From: Octopus vulgaris
Taxonomy: Eukaryota
Direction of reading: 5' to 3'
NCBI GenBank assembly: GCA_951406725.2
Contig: OX597819.1
Location: 98,022,001-98,086,000 of the forward strand
Length of the DNA stretch: 64,000 nucleotides
Shown: positions 13,663 through 27,130 of the stretch, in pieces
Numbering within the stretch: the first letter of the stretch is position 1
Layout of the letters: each line of letters opens with the position of its first letter
Notes under the pieces: model-generated
Databases searched by the model: none
The model's input: only the letters and a program-made list of their open reading frames with translations
What the model was told of the DNA's origin: nothing
Made by a program: the position numbers and the translations under genes

Positions 13663-14440
13663 TACACACAGCATATAGTAATATTCTACATAATATAAAC
13701 ACATACGCTCATAGACAAATTTGTGCATATGCATTTAACAAAAACAACTTTAAATACAGTAGTCGTATACACAATCATGCATACACACTCTCACGTGTAT
13801 AGATATACAAGCATGCACACACACACGCAAATACATATAATACATACATACATACATACATAGACATAATGATCGGGAAATATGAAATTAGTGATGCATA
13901 TGATGAGCAGCTAGTGGAGAGGAACAGTCTGGTAAAGATGGCGCCATAGGTGAGACAAGAGTGACGGAACAACCTGATGAAGCGATCAGTGTTTATATAC
14001 ATCCACCACAGACTGGCATTATTTATACTGTTGTACTGCTGTGTGTAGCATGGCATTCGCACTGAGAACTGTAGCTGAGGTCGCCGTTTCACGGAACGTT
14101 CGCATGTCATCGCGTGAAACAGAAAGAGCATTTAGTTGCTGTAATAATTGTGGTTGTTAGTCGGCGCTGATAGATGTAAAGACATCGGTATCTAGTGCAC
14201 TGATTGCAGTTTTATACAATAAATGTTTATACGAGGAGTTAGTGTATATAGTTCGAGATTGTATGTGGTGTGTACTGTGTGTTTTGTGTATTTAGCATCG
14301 CTTCATTGATCTTTATATGCTGTTCACTAACGCAGCACTTGTTTATTACAATACGTATTGAGGCATTGTTGGACCTTGCTTTTAGATATATTTATCTCTC
14401 TTTCTCTTTCTATCAATCCTGACTAATAGCTACAGCCCTT

Positions 14441-14513
<73 letters not shown>

Positions 14514-14684
14514 AAATCTTGGTAATTTGTTTTTCATCCTTCCCTCATCACTATATTTCGTTATTTGCTATCACTTCATATATACATACATATAAACATA
14601 CATATATATGAGGATATATATATATATATATATGAAGATATATATATATGTATGTATATGTGCGTGTATATATATATATATATA

Positions 14685-14725
<41 letters not shown>

Positions 14726-14731
14726 TACATA

Positions 14732-14839
<108 letters not shown>

Positions 14840-14861
14840 TATGCACACACATATATATATA

Positions 14862-15274
14862 TACTCTTTACTCTTTTACTTGTTTCAGTCATTTGACTGC
14901 GGCCATGCTGGAGCACCGCTATTAGTCGAGCAAATCGACCCCGGGACTTATTCTTTGTAAGCCTAGTACTTATTCTATCGGTCTCTTTTGCCGAACCGCT
15001 AAGTGACGGGGACATAAACACACCAGCATCGGTTGTCAAGCAATGCTAGAGGGACAAACACAGGCACACAAACATATACACACACACATACATATATATA
15101 TATACATATATACGACAGGCTTCTTTCAGTTTCCATCTACCAAATCCACTCATAAGGCATTGGTCGGCCCGAGGCTATAGCAGAAGACACTTGCCCAAGG
15201 TGCCACACAGTGGGACTGAACCCGAACCATGTGGTTGGTTAGCAAGCTACTTACACACAGCCACTCCTGCGCCT
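14862..15274 (-). mobile_element. SINE family A, full length
   Basis: Reverse complement of the 59084 copy; flanked by (AT)n on both sides. Confidence 0.9.
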
Positions 15275-15377
15275 ATATATATATATATATATATATATAT
15301 ACGAACATATAAGAGAAAGGAGCTGGAAAGTAGATATTTATCCCATTTGTTTACCGCTTTTTCATAATTTTATTAGT

Positions 15378-15767
15378 TACTAGCAGTATCGCCCGGCGTT
15401 GCTCAGGTTTGTAAGGGAAATAACTATAAAGCATTTTTAGAGAGTTATAGCCAAAAAATAGCAAAAAAATGGAAAAAAACGATGGTAAATTTTTTTTTGA
15501 GAGTTAAAAAAGGATGGAGTTGCGTCCCCTAGACAGTTTGTGGTTCGTGTTTCTGATTCTCGACCCCATGTCGAATTTATCGATTTTTTTTCAGAACTGG
15601 GGAAACTTTTCAAAATTTTGGCTGCGTTAGTTTTGAATTATGACATTGGGCTATGTGTGTGTCAAGTTTCATCAGAATCGGTTGAAAGCCGTGGTCAGGG
15701 TGAGGGTACAACCAAACAGACACACAGAAACACGCACAGACAAACTGCCGTTTATATATAGAGAGAT
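15378..15767 (+). mobile_element. Non-autonomous Helitron/Helentron-like element
   Basis: Terminus actagcagtatcgcccggcgttgct; internal aagtttcatcagaatcggtt motif; ends tatatatagagagat. Similar termini in reverse at ~25250-25277 and ~40048-40075. Confidence 0.55.
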
Positions 15768-15839
15768 TTAATAAAAGGTACTTGAACATTAACTCGTATA
15801 TAAATTATATATGTGGATATAACAAAAGCAGGGAAAGGA

Positions 15840-17689
15840 GCCATGGTGGAGTTGCTGTATACATCCGAGATGACCTCACACCCCAGGTCTTAATGACATA
15901 GTCAAATTCGGTATGTGACACTTTAATTGTATACATAAGACAACATAATATAGTCATATGCAATACATATTGCCCACCGGATGCCCCAAATCACACAGGC
16001 AAGTTTGAAGATTGCCTCACAAGAATTAAAGAAATCCTCATGAATCTGGAACACCACGTGACCATATTTCTTATGGGTGATTTCAACTTCCCCAACGTCA
16101 AATGGCCCGAAGGTCACATACTCTCAGGAATGATTCATTGCAAGCAAATACAGGTGGAGTCCCTGCTCAACCTCACCAATGCCTTATTCATAGAGCAAGT
16201 TGTACTCAAGCCAACTAGGGCGAATAACATTCTGGATCTCTGCTTCATGAACAATATGGACATCATTCATGATGTGAAAGTGACACCGACATCAGTTTCG
16301 GATCACAACATAATAGAGCTGTCTATGTTTGGGCCAAAAGTAACCAGAGACATACAGCCTAAAGGAAGCACCCGAAATCTCTCCAATCTGAACTTCCACA
16401 AAGCAGATTGGAAATCGATCCAAAAATAGATCCTCAGAGAGGACTGGCCGGAATGTCTCTCCACACCAGACATTGACATGAAACTAGAATGTTTCATGTC
16501 TTCTGTGCAAGCCGTATGCCAGAAATATGTCCCAGAGCACAAGGCCAAAACAAATAGGAGCAAGATTCCAATAGACAGGAAGATCTTCATGAGACGACGG
16601 ACGAAGGTTGCAAATCGTCTCAACCAACATCCCCAAAGTAGCGAAATGTCCCGCCTAAAAACAACACTGATGGAGATCGAAAAAAAGGCTGCAACAATCC
16701 TATGTGAAGGAGAAAGCAGACAAAGAAGCCTGGGTTATAAAAAATATTAAATCAAACCCAAAGGCCTTCTTTCATTACGCAAAAGAAACAGTCTCAGTGC
16801 ACTACAAGATAGGACCCCTCCTCCAAAAGGATGGCTCCCTCACAGACAGTCCAACTAAGATCAGTGAGATGCTGAATGACCAGTTCAAAAGTGTCTTTAC
16901 CACCCCGTTGGAACACAGACAAGTGATTGAACCCAGTGGACTTCTTTGCCGCCTCACCTATGACCAGCGAGGCGGTTACAATAGAATGTATTGACATTAG
17001 CGAAAAAGATGTCCTACTAGCCATAGATGAAGTGGACACAAACTCAGCTGCTGGTCCAGATGGTTTCCCAGTCATCCTCCTCAAAGCATGTAAGCATGCC
17101 CTGGCAAAACCCCTCAAGATTCTCTTCCAGAGCTTGCTTTCTTGCGAATGGTAAACTGCCAAGCAAGCTGAAGGAGGGAATAATATGCCCAATACTTAAA
17201 GGGGGAAGTAGAGCAGATGCCAAAAACTATAGGCCTATCTCTCTGACTTCACACATCAGCAAAGTCATGGAACGGATAGTCAGAAAGAAACTAATCGCAT
17301 TCCTTGAGGAAAATAACCCAGCATGGTTTTCCACCAGGTAGGAGCTGCCTGACCCAGCTCTTACAACATTATGACTGGGTGTTGAGGCAGTTACTCAACA
17401 AATCAAATGTGGACGTAATCTACCTTGATTTTGCAAAAGCTTTTGACAAGGTGGATCATGATATGATATGCCAAAAACTGCGTGACCTCGGCATAGCTGG
17501 AAAACTTGGAGTGTGGTTACATGACTTCCTGAAAGATAGGAGTCACGCAGTAGTGGTTAATGGAGCCACCTCTATGAACACACAAATAGTGAGCGGTGTT
17601 CCACAGGGCACTGTCTTGGGACCACTGCTTTTTATAGTGGCCCTCTCAGATATGCCCTCAAATGCCCGGATAGCCACTCTGGCCAGCTA
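15840..17689 (+). pseudogene. CR1-like LINE ORF2 remnant (APE endonuclease + reverse transcriptase), frameshifted and 3'-truncated
   Basis: MGDFNFP, PTRANNILDL, SDHN (APE); KNYRPISLTS, YLDFAKAFDKVDH, SGVPQGTVLGP (RT) over several frames; stops at the Y of YADD. Confidence 0.92.
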
Positions 17690-18060
<371 letters not shown>

Positions 18061-18116
18061 ACTATGCAGTGTCTCATATTTTTGTTTGCTCACTCAATTG
18101 TATCTATCAATTTATC

Positions 18117-18157
<41 letters not shown>

Positions 18158-18199
18158 TTCGTGGACAGGAACTGAAACAAATCAATCGTATACATATGT

Positions 18200-19660
18200 A
18201 AGTGTTTGTGTTTTGGTATTGGCAACATGAATGACAATGGTCAGATACTACTTGAATTTTGCACATACCATTACCCGTGCATCACCAACACATCCTTTGC
18301 CAACAAGACATCCCACAAGTCATCTTGGAGACATCCAAGATCTCACCACTGGCATGAGTTGGATCTCATCATTACACGAAGATCCTTTCTGAATTCTGCT
18401 CAACTGACCCGTAGTTACCACAGCGTGGATTGTGACACAGATTATTCACTAATAAGAAGCAGGGTGGGGATTCTGCCTAAAAAAGTCCATCACTCCAAGA
18501 AAATGGGCCGACCACGCATTAACACTGGCAGAACCTCGGACCCTACACTGCGACAATGTTTTGCTGTTTCTATCTAGGTTGCCCTCAGTAGCTGCCTGAC
18601 CTCTGCTGAAAGTAGGTGGAATTATATCAGGGAAGCTTTGTATATCACATCAATAGATACTTTCGGCATGAGAGAATGGCAAAACTCAGATTTTGTTCAG
18701 TGCTGGGATCTCAGAGCTGGAAACAGTTATCGAAGCAAAGCGTGCAGCTCTGATGCAATACAAAAGGGATTCTTCTACAAAGATACTCGAAGAACTCAGA
18801 AAGGCAAGAAATAAAACCTAACTGACTGCCAGACGCCGTGCAAATAGGTATTGGCAGGAAATCTGTCAGAGTATCAAGTCAGCTGCTGACAGTGGCGACA
18901 CCCGTGGGATGTATGCCGGTTTGAAGAAGGCCCTCGGTCCATCCGCAACCAAGTCAGCCCCTCTGAAATCAACTACTGGAGATCTCATCAAGGACCACAG
19001 CAAGCAAATGGATACATGGGTGGAGTACTACCAAGATCTGTACTCACGGGGTTCACGGTAGCTGAGGCTGCAATCGAGGGTGTCAAGATCTTGACAGTCA
19101 TGTATGAACTTGACAGTTTGCCATCTATAGCAGAGCTCACCAAGGCTATTGGCTCTCCAGCAAGTAACAAGGCTCCGGGAAAAGGCGGCAACCGCTCAGA
19201 GATGATCAAAACCGGCAAAAACACCATCCTGCTTCGGCACCTTCATGAGCTTCTGTGTCAGTGCTGGGAAGAGGATACAGTCCCTCAGGATATGCGGGAT
19301 GCTAACATCATTACGCTTTACAAAAACAAAGCTGACCATGGTGATTGTAACAATTACCGTGGGATATCTCTTCTAAGCACTGTTGGAAAGGCCTTTGCTC
19401 ACATTATCCTGTCCAGGCTACAACTGCTTGCTTCTCGAATTTATCCAGAATCGCAGTGTGAATTTAGAAGAAGCAGATCAACTATTGACATAATATTCTC
19501 CATACGCCAACTTCAGGAGAAGTTCAGAGAGCAGAAAATGCCATTATATACGGCTTTCTTTGATTGGACAAAGACCTTTGACTTGGTAAGTAGAAAAGTG
19601 CCTCTTCATCCTGCTCCAAAAAATCGGATGTCCACCAATGCTGCTGAGGATCATCAGAGC
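18200..19660 (+). pseudogene. RTE-clade (BovB-like) LINE remnant
   Basis: SWRHPRSHHWHELDLIITRR, CDTDYSL (RTE APE); VPQDMRDANIITLYKNK...CNNYRGISLLS...YPESQCEFR...TKTFDLVSR (RT); stops and frameshifts. Confidence 0.92.
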
Positions 19661-19669
19661 TCGCTCTGG

Positions 19670-19790
19670 GCGCCATTGGGCTGACTGTCCAAGGCTACGA
19701 CACCACAGTCGGCACCATTGGGCTGACTGTCCAAGGCTACGACACCACAGTTGGCGCCATTGGGCTTGGCTTGGCTTGGCTTGGCTTGGC
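19670..19790. repeat. 41-bp tandem repeat (~2.3 units) followed by (CTTGG)n
   Basis: gcgccattgggctgactgtccaaggctacgacaccacagtcg-type unit repeated directly; then gcttggcttggcttgg. Confidence 0.85.
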
Positions 19791-20647
19791 GAAAGAATTT
19801 CAATTATATATAGAGAACTATAGCGCGAAGGCAGCGTAAAAAAACAGCCCTTCCTCAGTTGTTGGCAGTTTTACCTACTCCGCATTGCGCGCATTGCAAC
19901 GAGATGTGACTTCGTCAAAGCAATTGCTCCTCCAAAGCAAATTAAATAAAATTTGAGATACATAGAACGTCAAAGCTGATAACAAAAACAGGACAGTGAA
20001 AACATTCGGTAAGGGCTGCTTAACCCTAACGAGGTGAAGTGGTGAACGCTGTAGAAAATATGCTTTGTTAAGAGACAGACAAGAATGCGTCTTATAGTTA
20101 TAAGCTGAACGAGAAGAAAAAGAATTACATTTAAAAATAGAGATCTATAATTATTGAGGACAGAATTTCATTTAGAACTATAAAATTTTAATTATGCATA
20201 AAGTGATGGCTTATATTCGGGGCTTCCAATTTCTGTAAAACAGAAGATAATCGCAAAATCATCGCACATGTCAACGGTGGAAGATAAAAGTTCCAGAGGA
20301 AATTCTTGTTCTTTCACTCGTACAAGGATCGTATTATGTTTCGGCTTAAAATAAATTATAGATACAAATATAATGTACAGAAATATATAAAGACCAGAAT
20401 AGAATATAAACGTCTTAGGCATATAAAATGAGATAACATGAGATATCAAGGCGTTAGAAACTTGAAACCTACTAGAATATCATAGATTGTATATATCAAG
20501 TCATTCAATCAGTTCTATCTAATTTTACCTTTTTTTTAAGATTTGAATGAAATTTAATAATATTTTCAAATGTCTAATTCAATTAAAAATTATTTTTATG
20601 CATTTGTGTACGTTTAAACTAATTCAATATTATTTTACAAAATAATA

Positions 20648-21943
20648 GAGGGTGTCCACAAAGTCTGTGTATATGGGGATTAACACATACTTTTAAAACA
20701 AAACAATTTTATTTAATTATAATGTTAATGAATAATATTTTCAAAGTGATTTCCATCATTTTCAATGCATAACTTGACGCGCCTGGCAAAATTCAGTTGA
20801 ACTTGATTAAATAAGTTTACATTGCCATCAATTTCAGCACACTGACTGATAATGCGTTCTCTGGTGTGTTTTAAATCTGTAATCTTTATTGAGTAAACTT
20901 TCTCTTTCAACATACCCCAGAAAAAGAAATCAAGGGGAGAAAGGTCTGGTGAACGAGGAAACCATTCCATATGACCCCTTCTTCCAATCCAGTGAGGAAA
21001 AGTGTCATTAACCCAATCTCTAACAGTTGTGGCAAAATGGGTAAGGGCCCCATCCTGCCGAAATCATTTCGGAAGGCCCTCGCCTAGGCGCTCAGTTTGA
21101 GATATTAATTTGTCTCTCAATATGTTTACATAAGTCTCATCCGTTACATATTCAATGAAGAAGGTTCCTAGAACATGAGCTTTCCACAAACCACACCACA
21201 CCATCACCTTTTTGCTGCCTTGCTGTTTGGATGGATCCATCCAATGGGGATTACCTCGAGACCAGTATAGAAGATTCTGTCTGTTGACCTCACCATTTAC
21301 ATAAAACGTAGCTTTGTCACTGAACAACACAAACTTTTTCGTAAAATTGATATTTTCATCCAATTTATTTAAAAACCATTCGCACGTCTACATTCGTCTA
21401 TCAGGGTCGTCTTCATTTAAGTGATGCAATATCTGTAGGTTGTATCGATGAAACTTTTCCTCATTCAGCATTTTATGGATGGTTGGTTTTGGAACACATA
21501 ACACCGTAGATGTCCGACGAAGTGATTTCTTTGGGCTAGTAGAAACTTTAACCATGACAGCCTCTTTCGTTTCATCTGAGGTCTTTGGTCGCCCGGAACG
21601 GGGTTTATCCAAAACACTGCCTGTTTCTTTAAATTTCTTGATCAATTTCCCGACTGTAGTAAAATGAATCGGTTGCCTATAAGGGTGTCGAAGATTAAAT
21701 TCTTCCGCAATTTTGCGATAAGACCATCCCTCTCGTCCACTTAATTATACTAACTCGATTCTTTCTTCTTTAGACAGAGCCATCATTCGATCATCTGTAG
21801 AAAAAATAACAAATAAATTTAGAAAAGTAAAGTATTTTTTAATTTAATTTAAACAAAAGTAAAAAAGGAAAATTATTATTTCTTATATTTATTTGTATAT
21901 GTTATGATTTTATTCCATGTACCCAGACTTCGTGGACACCCTA
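20648..21943 (-). mobile_element. Full-length, inactivated Tc1/mariner-superfamily element, rosa (DD41D)-like
   Basis: TIRs gagggtgtccacaaagtctg / cagacttcgtggacaccct. Transposase 21783->20725 with in-frame stops; motifs FSDKA, QDGA, WFPRSPDLSPLDFFFWG; hand-counted 40 residues between the second and third Asp. Confidence 0.9.
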
Positions 21944-21959
21944 AAATTGCTTTGATTAA

Positions 21960-23031
21960 AACCTTTTCAAAATGGAAGTATCCAAGGAGCATTTGAGGCA
22001 CATATAATTCTTTATGAGTACAATAAAGGTAACTCTGCAGCCGAAGTGACTCAAAACATACACTCAGTTTATGGGAAAGTGCTTGAATGAAAGAACTTGC
22101 AGGAGATCGTTTGCAAAATTGAAGATGAATATCGAACAGGACGTCCAGTTGAGTTTGATGATAAGCTTCTTGAGGCATTACTTGAAGAAAATCCGTCATT
22201 ATCAGTTGAAGAATTGGCAATAAAGCTTACTTCAAACCATATAACAGTTCAACGTCATCTTCAACAACGTGGAAAGATTCCTAAACTTGGAAAATAGGTG
22301 CCTCATGTATTGTCCGAAAGCAACCGCAAATCCCGAGTTGACATCTGCTCTTCTCTCCATTCCCGCAAACTCATTTCACCCTTTTCGATAGACTTGTGAC
22401 GAAAAATGGATTTTCTATCGAAATGTTAAACGTCGTAAACAGTGGCTTGGTAAAAGGGAAAATGCTCAACCACAACCGAGAAAGGAACTTCATGGGAAAA
22501 AGGTTCTACTGTCTATCTGGCGCAATTCACTTTATATTGTTACCACCTAATGCAACAATCAGTGCTCAAGTCTACTGTCAGCAATTAGAGCGTTTGAACC
22601 AAGCTTTGAAGGAAAAAAGAGCCGCTTTAGTGAGTCGAAAACGAGTGATATTTCATCAGGACAATGCGCAACCCCACACTGCAAAGATCACATCACAGAA
22701 GATCGAAGAGGTCGGTTTGGAAAAATTTCTTCATCCAACTTATTCTCTCGACCTTACTCCTTCAGGATACCATTTGTTTCATAGTTTACAGAATTATTAG
22801 GGGGACACAACTTTCGCAAGCCAGGAGGAGGTCGAACCTGATATTTCAGAGTTCTTCGCTTTGAAACCAAAAGAGTTTTACATTGATGGGATTAAAAAGC
22901 TTGTAAATAGATGGAAGTAAGTCATAGATAATCAGGGAAAGTACATTGATGATTAAATTTCAATTAAATATAACATATGATCACTTGTATTCTTTATCCA
23001 AAATTCGGACAGAACTTATGGGATGACCTGA
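21960..23031 (+). mobile_element. Mariner (DD34D-type) transposase pseudogene with right TIR
   Basis: MEVSKEHLRH start at 21972; decayed WVPH, HQDNAQPH and YSLDLTPSGY (YSPDLAPSDY) motifs; TIR ggacagaacttatgggatgacctga; left TIR absent. Confidence 0.9.
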
Positions 23032-23038
23032 GATATAT

Positions 23039-23600
23039 ACACTGGCGAAAATATATTTAAGACCGACGATAAAAGTTATATTTCTTACAAAATATTTTGT
23101 TACTAACACCATACAAATTATTTTTATCTTTTACACCTTATGCAAAATTTATTTCTCTTTCGAATGATGCAGACAATAAACTATTTTTATACAACTTGAA
23201 GAATTCTAATGCTAAATATAAACGTTTCAAATTTAACGGCAAAATTAGTTTAAGACCATGTAATATGTATGCAATTTTTTTGGCCAAAATGGGTGGTCAC
23301 ACAACGAGCCTGAATGCACCATATAAAGTTATAATTTAATGTTATTATACAATTTATTAATAATGGGAAAACAACGTAGCCTTAGTTCAGTCACGAGAGC
23401 AAAAATCGTATATTACAGAAAAACGTTTCCTTTTCGAACATCAGCAAGCAACTAAAGTGCAGTAAACCGGCTTGCGTGCAAGCGTGGAAGTTATACTCGG
23501 AGAGTAGTCAATATAAAGATCGGCAAAGGACTAGTAACAGAATATTTTGTAAGAAATAGAACTTTTATCATCGGTCTTAAATTTATTTTCGCCAGTGTGT
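23039..23600. mobile_element. MITE with ~65-bp TIRs (Tc1-like)
   Basis: cactggcgaaaatatatttaagaccga...ttgttacta mirrored by tagtaacag...tcggtcttaaatttattttcgccagtg. Confidence 0.75.
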
Positions 23601-23842
23601 ATATTATATAAATATAATGTATATAATATGAGAATTTTAATGGAGATAACCTGCTGTGTATAGTACAACATTTTTTTCTCCGTATATGAGCTAAGTATTA
23701 ATAAAATGTGGTATACGATCAAAATTTCGGATATTTGTCTTAAAACATTCAGACAAGAAAATTCAGATGTAGCACATGAGGTATTATTCCATTCGAATAT
23801 CCACATATTTATACTGAGTTTCATGATAAAAATATAGAAATA

Positions 23843-24352
23843 TTGGGTTGTCCGGAAAGTTCGTGCCGATTTATAGTAGCTTAACTTTCGACTTATTTTA
23901 GAACATGTTTGAGTCCATAAAATAGGATTTGACTACACCTCCATTTAGAGCACAGTTTATAACCTGTGTTAATTCTGTAACCCTTTAAAATAAAAGATGA
24001 GAAAGTTCATTTTCGGCACTTGATGCTTTGGGAACCAGGCAAAAATTGCTGCAGCTCGGCTGGGATGTTACCCCCACCCTCCCTATTTCCCAGATATTGC
24101 TCCTTCGGATTTCCACTTATTCAGGTCTCTGCAGAATGTGAAAATTTCAATTCCTTAGATGACGTAAAAATATACCTTGATGAATTCTTTGCCTTGAAAC
24201 CACCCCAATTCTGGGAAGAGAGTATTTTCAAGGTAAAGGAAAGATTGTGCAACGAAATGGTTCAGATTTGGTTCATTAAAAATGTAATGGCAAGTATTTA
24301 GTGACATTTTACTTTCCTTGAAAAATCGGAACGAACTTTCCGGACAACCAAT
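23843..24352 (+). mobile_element. Internally deleted mariner
   Basis: TIRs ttgggttgtccggaaagttcgt / acgaactttccggacaaccaa+TA; remnant PHPPYFPDIAPSDFHLFRSLQN. Confidence 0.88.
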
Positions 24353-25611
24353 ATAAACATAACAATGAAATACGAATATAAACATGAAAAATAAAAACCT
24401 AACTTGAAAGAGGCGATTAAAATTTTTTTCCTAACCTGCAGCCGTTTCAGAAAAGTGGTTGTACGAAGTATTCGAAATTCAGCCCTCCTTCCTCAGGATT
24501 CCTTTCTCGAGGTAAAATCCAGCAAAAAGCAGTAAGGCACTACATGATGAATATTCAGTTGGTGAAAGTTCAGTCTTTGAATATCGAAGATTTTCTGGAG
24601 TATCGAAGATTTTCTGGAGTATCGAAGATTTTCTGAAGTTTTTCAAGAGGATTACCACGTTTAAATAAGAAATGAAGATCATTGAAAGGTTAACTTTAGT
24701 TAATCTTGCAAATAATAGCCAATGAGAATATTCCACTGTACTGATATATACTACTATAAAAAAAATAATTTAAGATTACAGGTTTGTGCATAAGTGTTCA
24801 TTGGATCTAATGATCTAATTGGATCGTATTTTCAAAAAGCTATAAAATTTTATATTCTGAAAAATTAAATTTTAAAGTTTAAGAAAATCATAAGACGCTA
24901 AATATTTATGCTTACAACATACTAAAATGTCTGTAATTTTATTTAATAAGTTGAGTTGTATTTGTGAGTAGAATTTATTGTTGATTACTGCTGTTGTTAA
25001 TATCGTTTGTTAAACCGTTAATTTTTGTGTTGTTAAACTGTTTGTGTTGTAAAACTTTCCCGTTGTGGAAAATGGAAAAGGCGCCAGAGGAATATGCGCA
25101 TAAAAATCAGTAGTATGGGATACATGTGGCACGATGATGTAAAGAGGGAAATAACCCTCATCTGCAATTTTGATGAAATTCGAAATATAGACATTCCAGT
25201 TCATTACAGAAAATATAACAGAAAAGTCTAATTCTTCAATTGACTGTATCCGGGCAACGCCGACTATCTCTGCTAGTATATATATATATATATACACGCA
25301 TATACATTCATATTAGTGCATGTACCCATATTCTCAGAACGATTGATGATAGGTGAAAACATCATGCGTGTTAATCTTGATGTAATATCTGTCATATAAC
25401 TAACAAGATTATGAAACAGCTGTAAACGAATGAAATAAACATCTGCTCTCCCACTTCATTTCTTTGGTGTTCTCTCTACCATTGTATCTCCTGGATTTTC
25501 AGAATGACACGAAGGTTCGGTATGTCTTTACTTTCTGTTACGTATTAGAAATCTTTCTAGAAAAATGTTACGGGTTTCTAACAACAACAACAACAACAAC
25601 AACAACAAAAA

Positions 25612-25662
<51 letters not shown>

Positions 25663-26827
25663 AAGCCCCCTCTTTAGAAATTGAATAGCAACAGTGCTAC
25701 ACGTTACAAAATGAACATTAGGAAAGTTTTGCATATTTTTACGGTTCCCCTTGCTAACTGTATTTGTAAAGTCTCTTTTACCGCCCGAAAATATAGGTTT
25801 TCTAGATTGTCTCTTAGACATTTACTAACATAACCAAGTGCATCAATAATTATTCATATAAATGGAAATTAATAATGAAGGTAGAGGAGCTGCAGATTTA
25901 GATACAGTTGCCCATATATATAGTCTGTCTCGCTGATTTTGGAAAGAGATGTTCACAGCTCATATATCTAGGTCTTTACTTGGTACTTCTTTCTTCTCCT
26001 AAATAATTATGCCAGGCCTTTTATGTTTATATCTTGGAAAAAGTTTTAATAGGAATGTTCCATCAACACTCCTTGTGTTAATATATATCTTTATATTCAA
26101 TAACAGAGATTCTGCTTATATCTATCGCAAGGTAGACTTTATAGCAGATGCTATTATATATTGTTTTAGCAACAACATATGTTGACATTTTTGGTTAACT
26201 ACTAATTACATATGTCCTTCACAGAAGCGTGACATAGTCAACACTTACAGTTGCATCTTGGGTGTTTAAGGGTTTCATTGTCCTGTTTGTTCTTAGTTAT
26301 TTCTTAGCTATCTCCTGCTCGTGCATTGAAAAAGCATAATCGTCAAGCTGTGTCATGATATATTGGTCACGAAACCAAGTCAGGGTACACTTCATTTTAA
26401 TATTACATAGTGTTAAGGAAGCAGGCAGAGATTTTATTCTTGGTTACAAGATATGTTTGTGCAACGACAAGATAATTCGGTATATCAATCCGGCCTTCCA
26501 TATTTTTTTAATAAACCATTTGCATAAAACCTTCTGTAAAATGCAAACGTTTTGTTCCAGCAATGAACTATGACGTCTCTTCTTGGTGCTTTCTTATAAT
26601 ATAACTTTAGGTTTGCTGTTTTATTGTGTCTCACAACGTTGCATTCCGATTAAAATCCTTTCACATTAATGTATTTAAGCTTTTATTTATCTGTATCCAT
26701 GTGTGTGTGTGTATACACACACACACACACATGCATACATATATGCATACGTGTATATGAATGTATGTACACTCATATATATATATATATATATGTGCGT
26801 GTGTGTGTATATGTGTGTGTGTGCGTG

Positions 26828-27130
26828 AAGGCGCGTGGCTTTGTGGTTAGGGCATTCGGCTCGAGATCGTAAGTTCGTGAGTTCAATTCTCAGCGATGCG
26901 TTGTGTCCTTGAGCAAGACACTTTATTTCACATTGCTCAAGTCCACTCAGCTGACAAAAATGAGTAGTATCTGTATTTCAAAGGGCCACTCTGTGTCACT
27001 CCTTGTTACACTCTGTGTCACGCTGAATCTCCTTGAGAACTACGTTAAGTGTACACGTGTTTGTGGAGTGCTCAGCCATTTGTGCATTAATTGCACGAGC
27101 AAGCTGTTCCATTGATCGTATCAGCTGGGA
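26828..27130 (+). mobile_element. tRNA-derived SINE family D
   Basis: ggcgcgtggctttgtggttagg A box, GAGTTCAATTC B box, then gttgtgtccttgagcaagacacttta, a typical SINE central-domain motif. Single copy here. Confidence 0.7.

Noticed and set aside
19670-19790. Direct repeats as a CRISPR-like array
   Set aside because: Head-to-tail tandem units without unique spacers, in eukaryotic context with no cas genes.
26828-26900. tRNA genes at SINE heads (also 28415, 59084)
   Set aside because: A and B boxes are present but there is no complete cloverleaf, and the sequence continues into SINE bodies.
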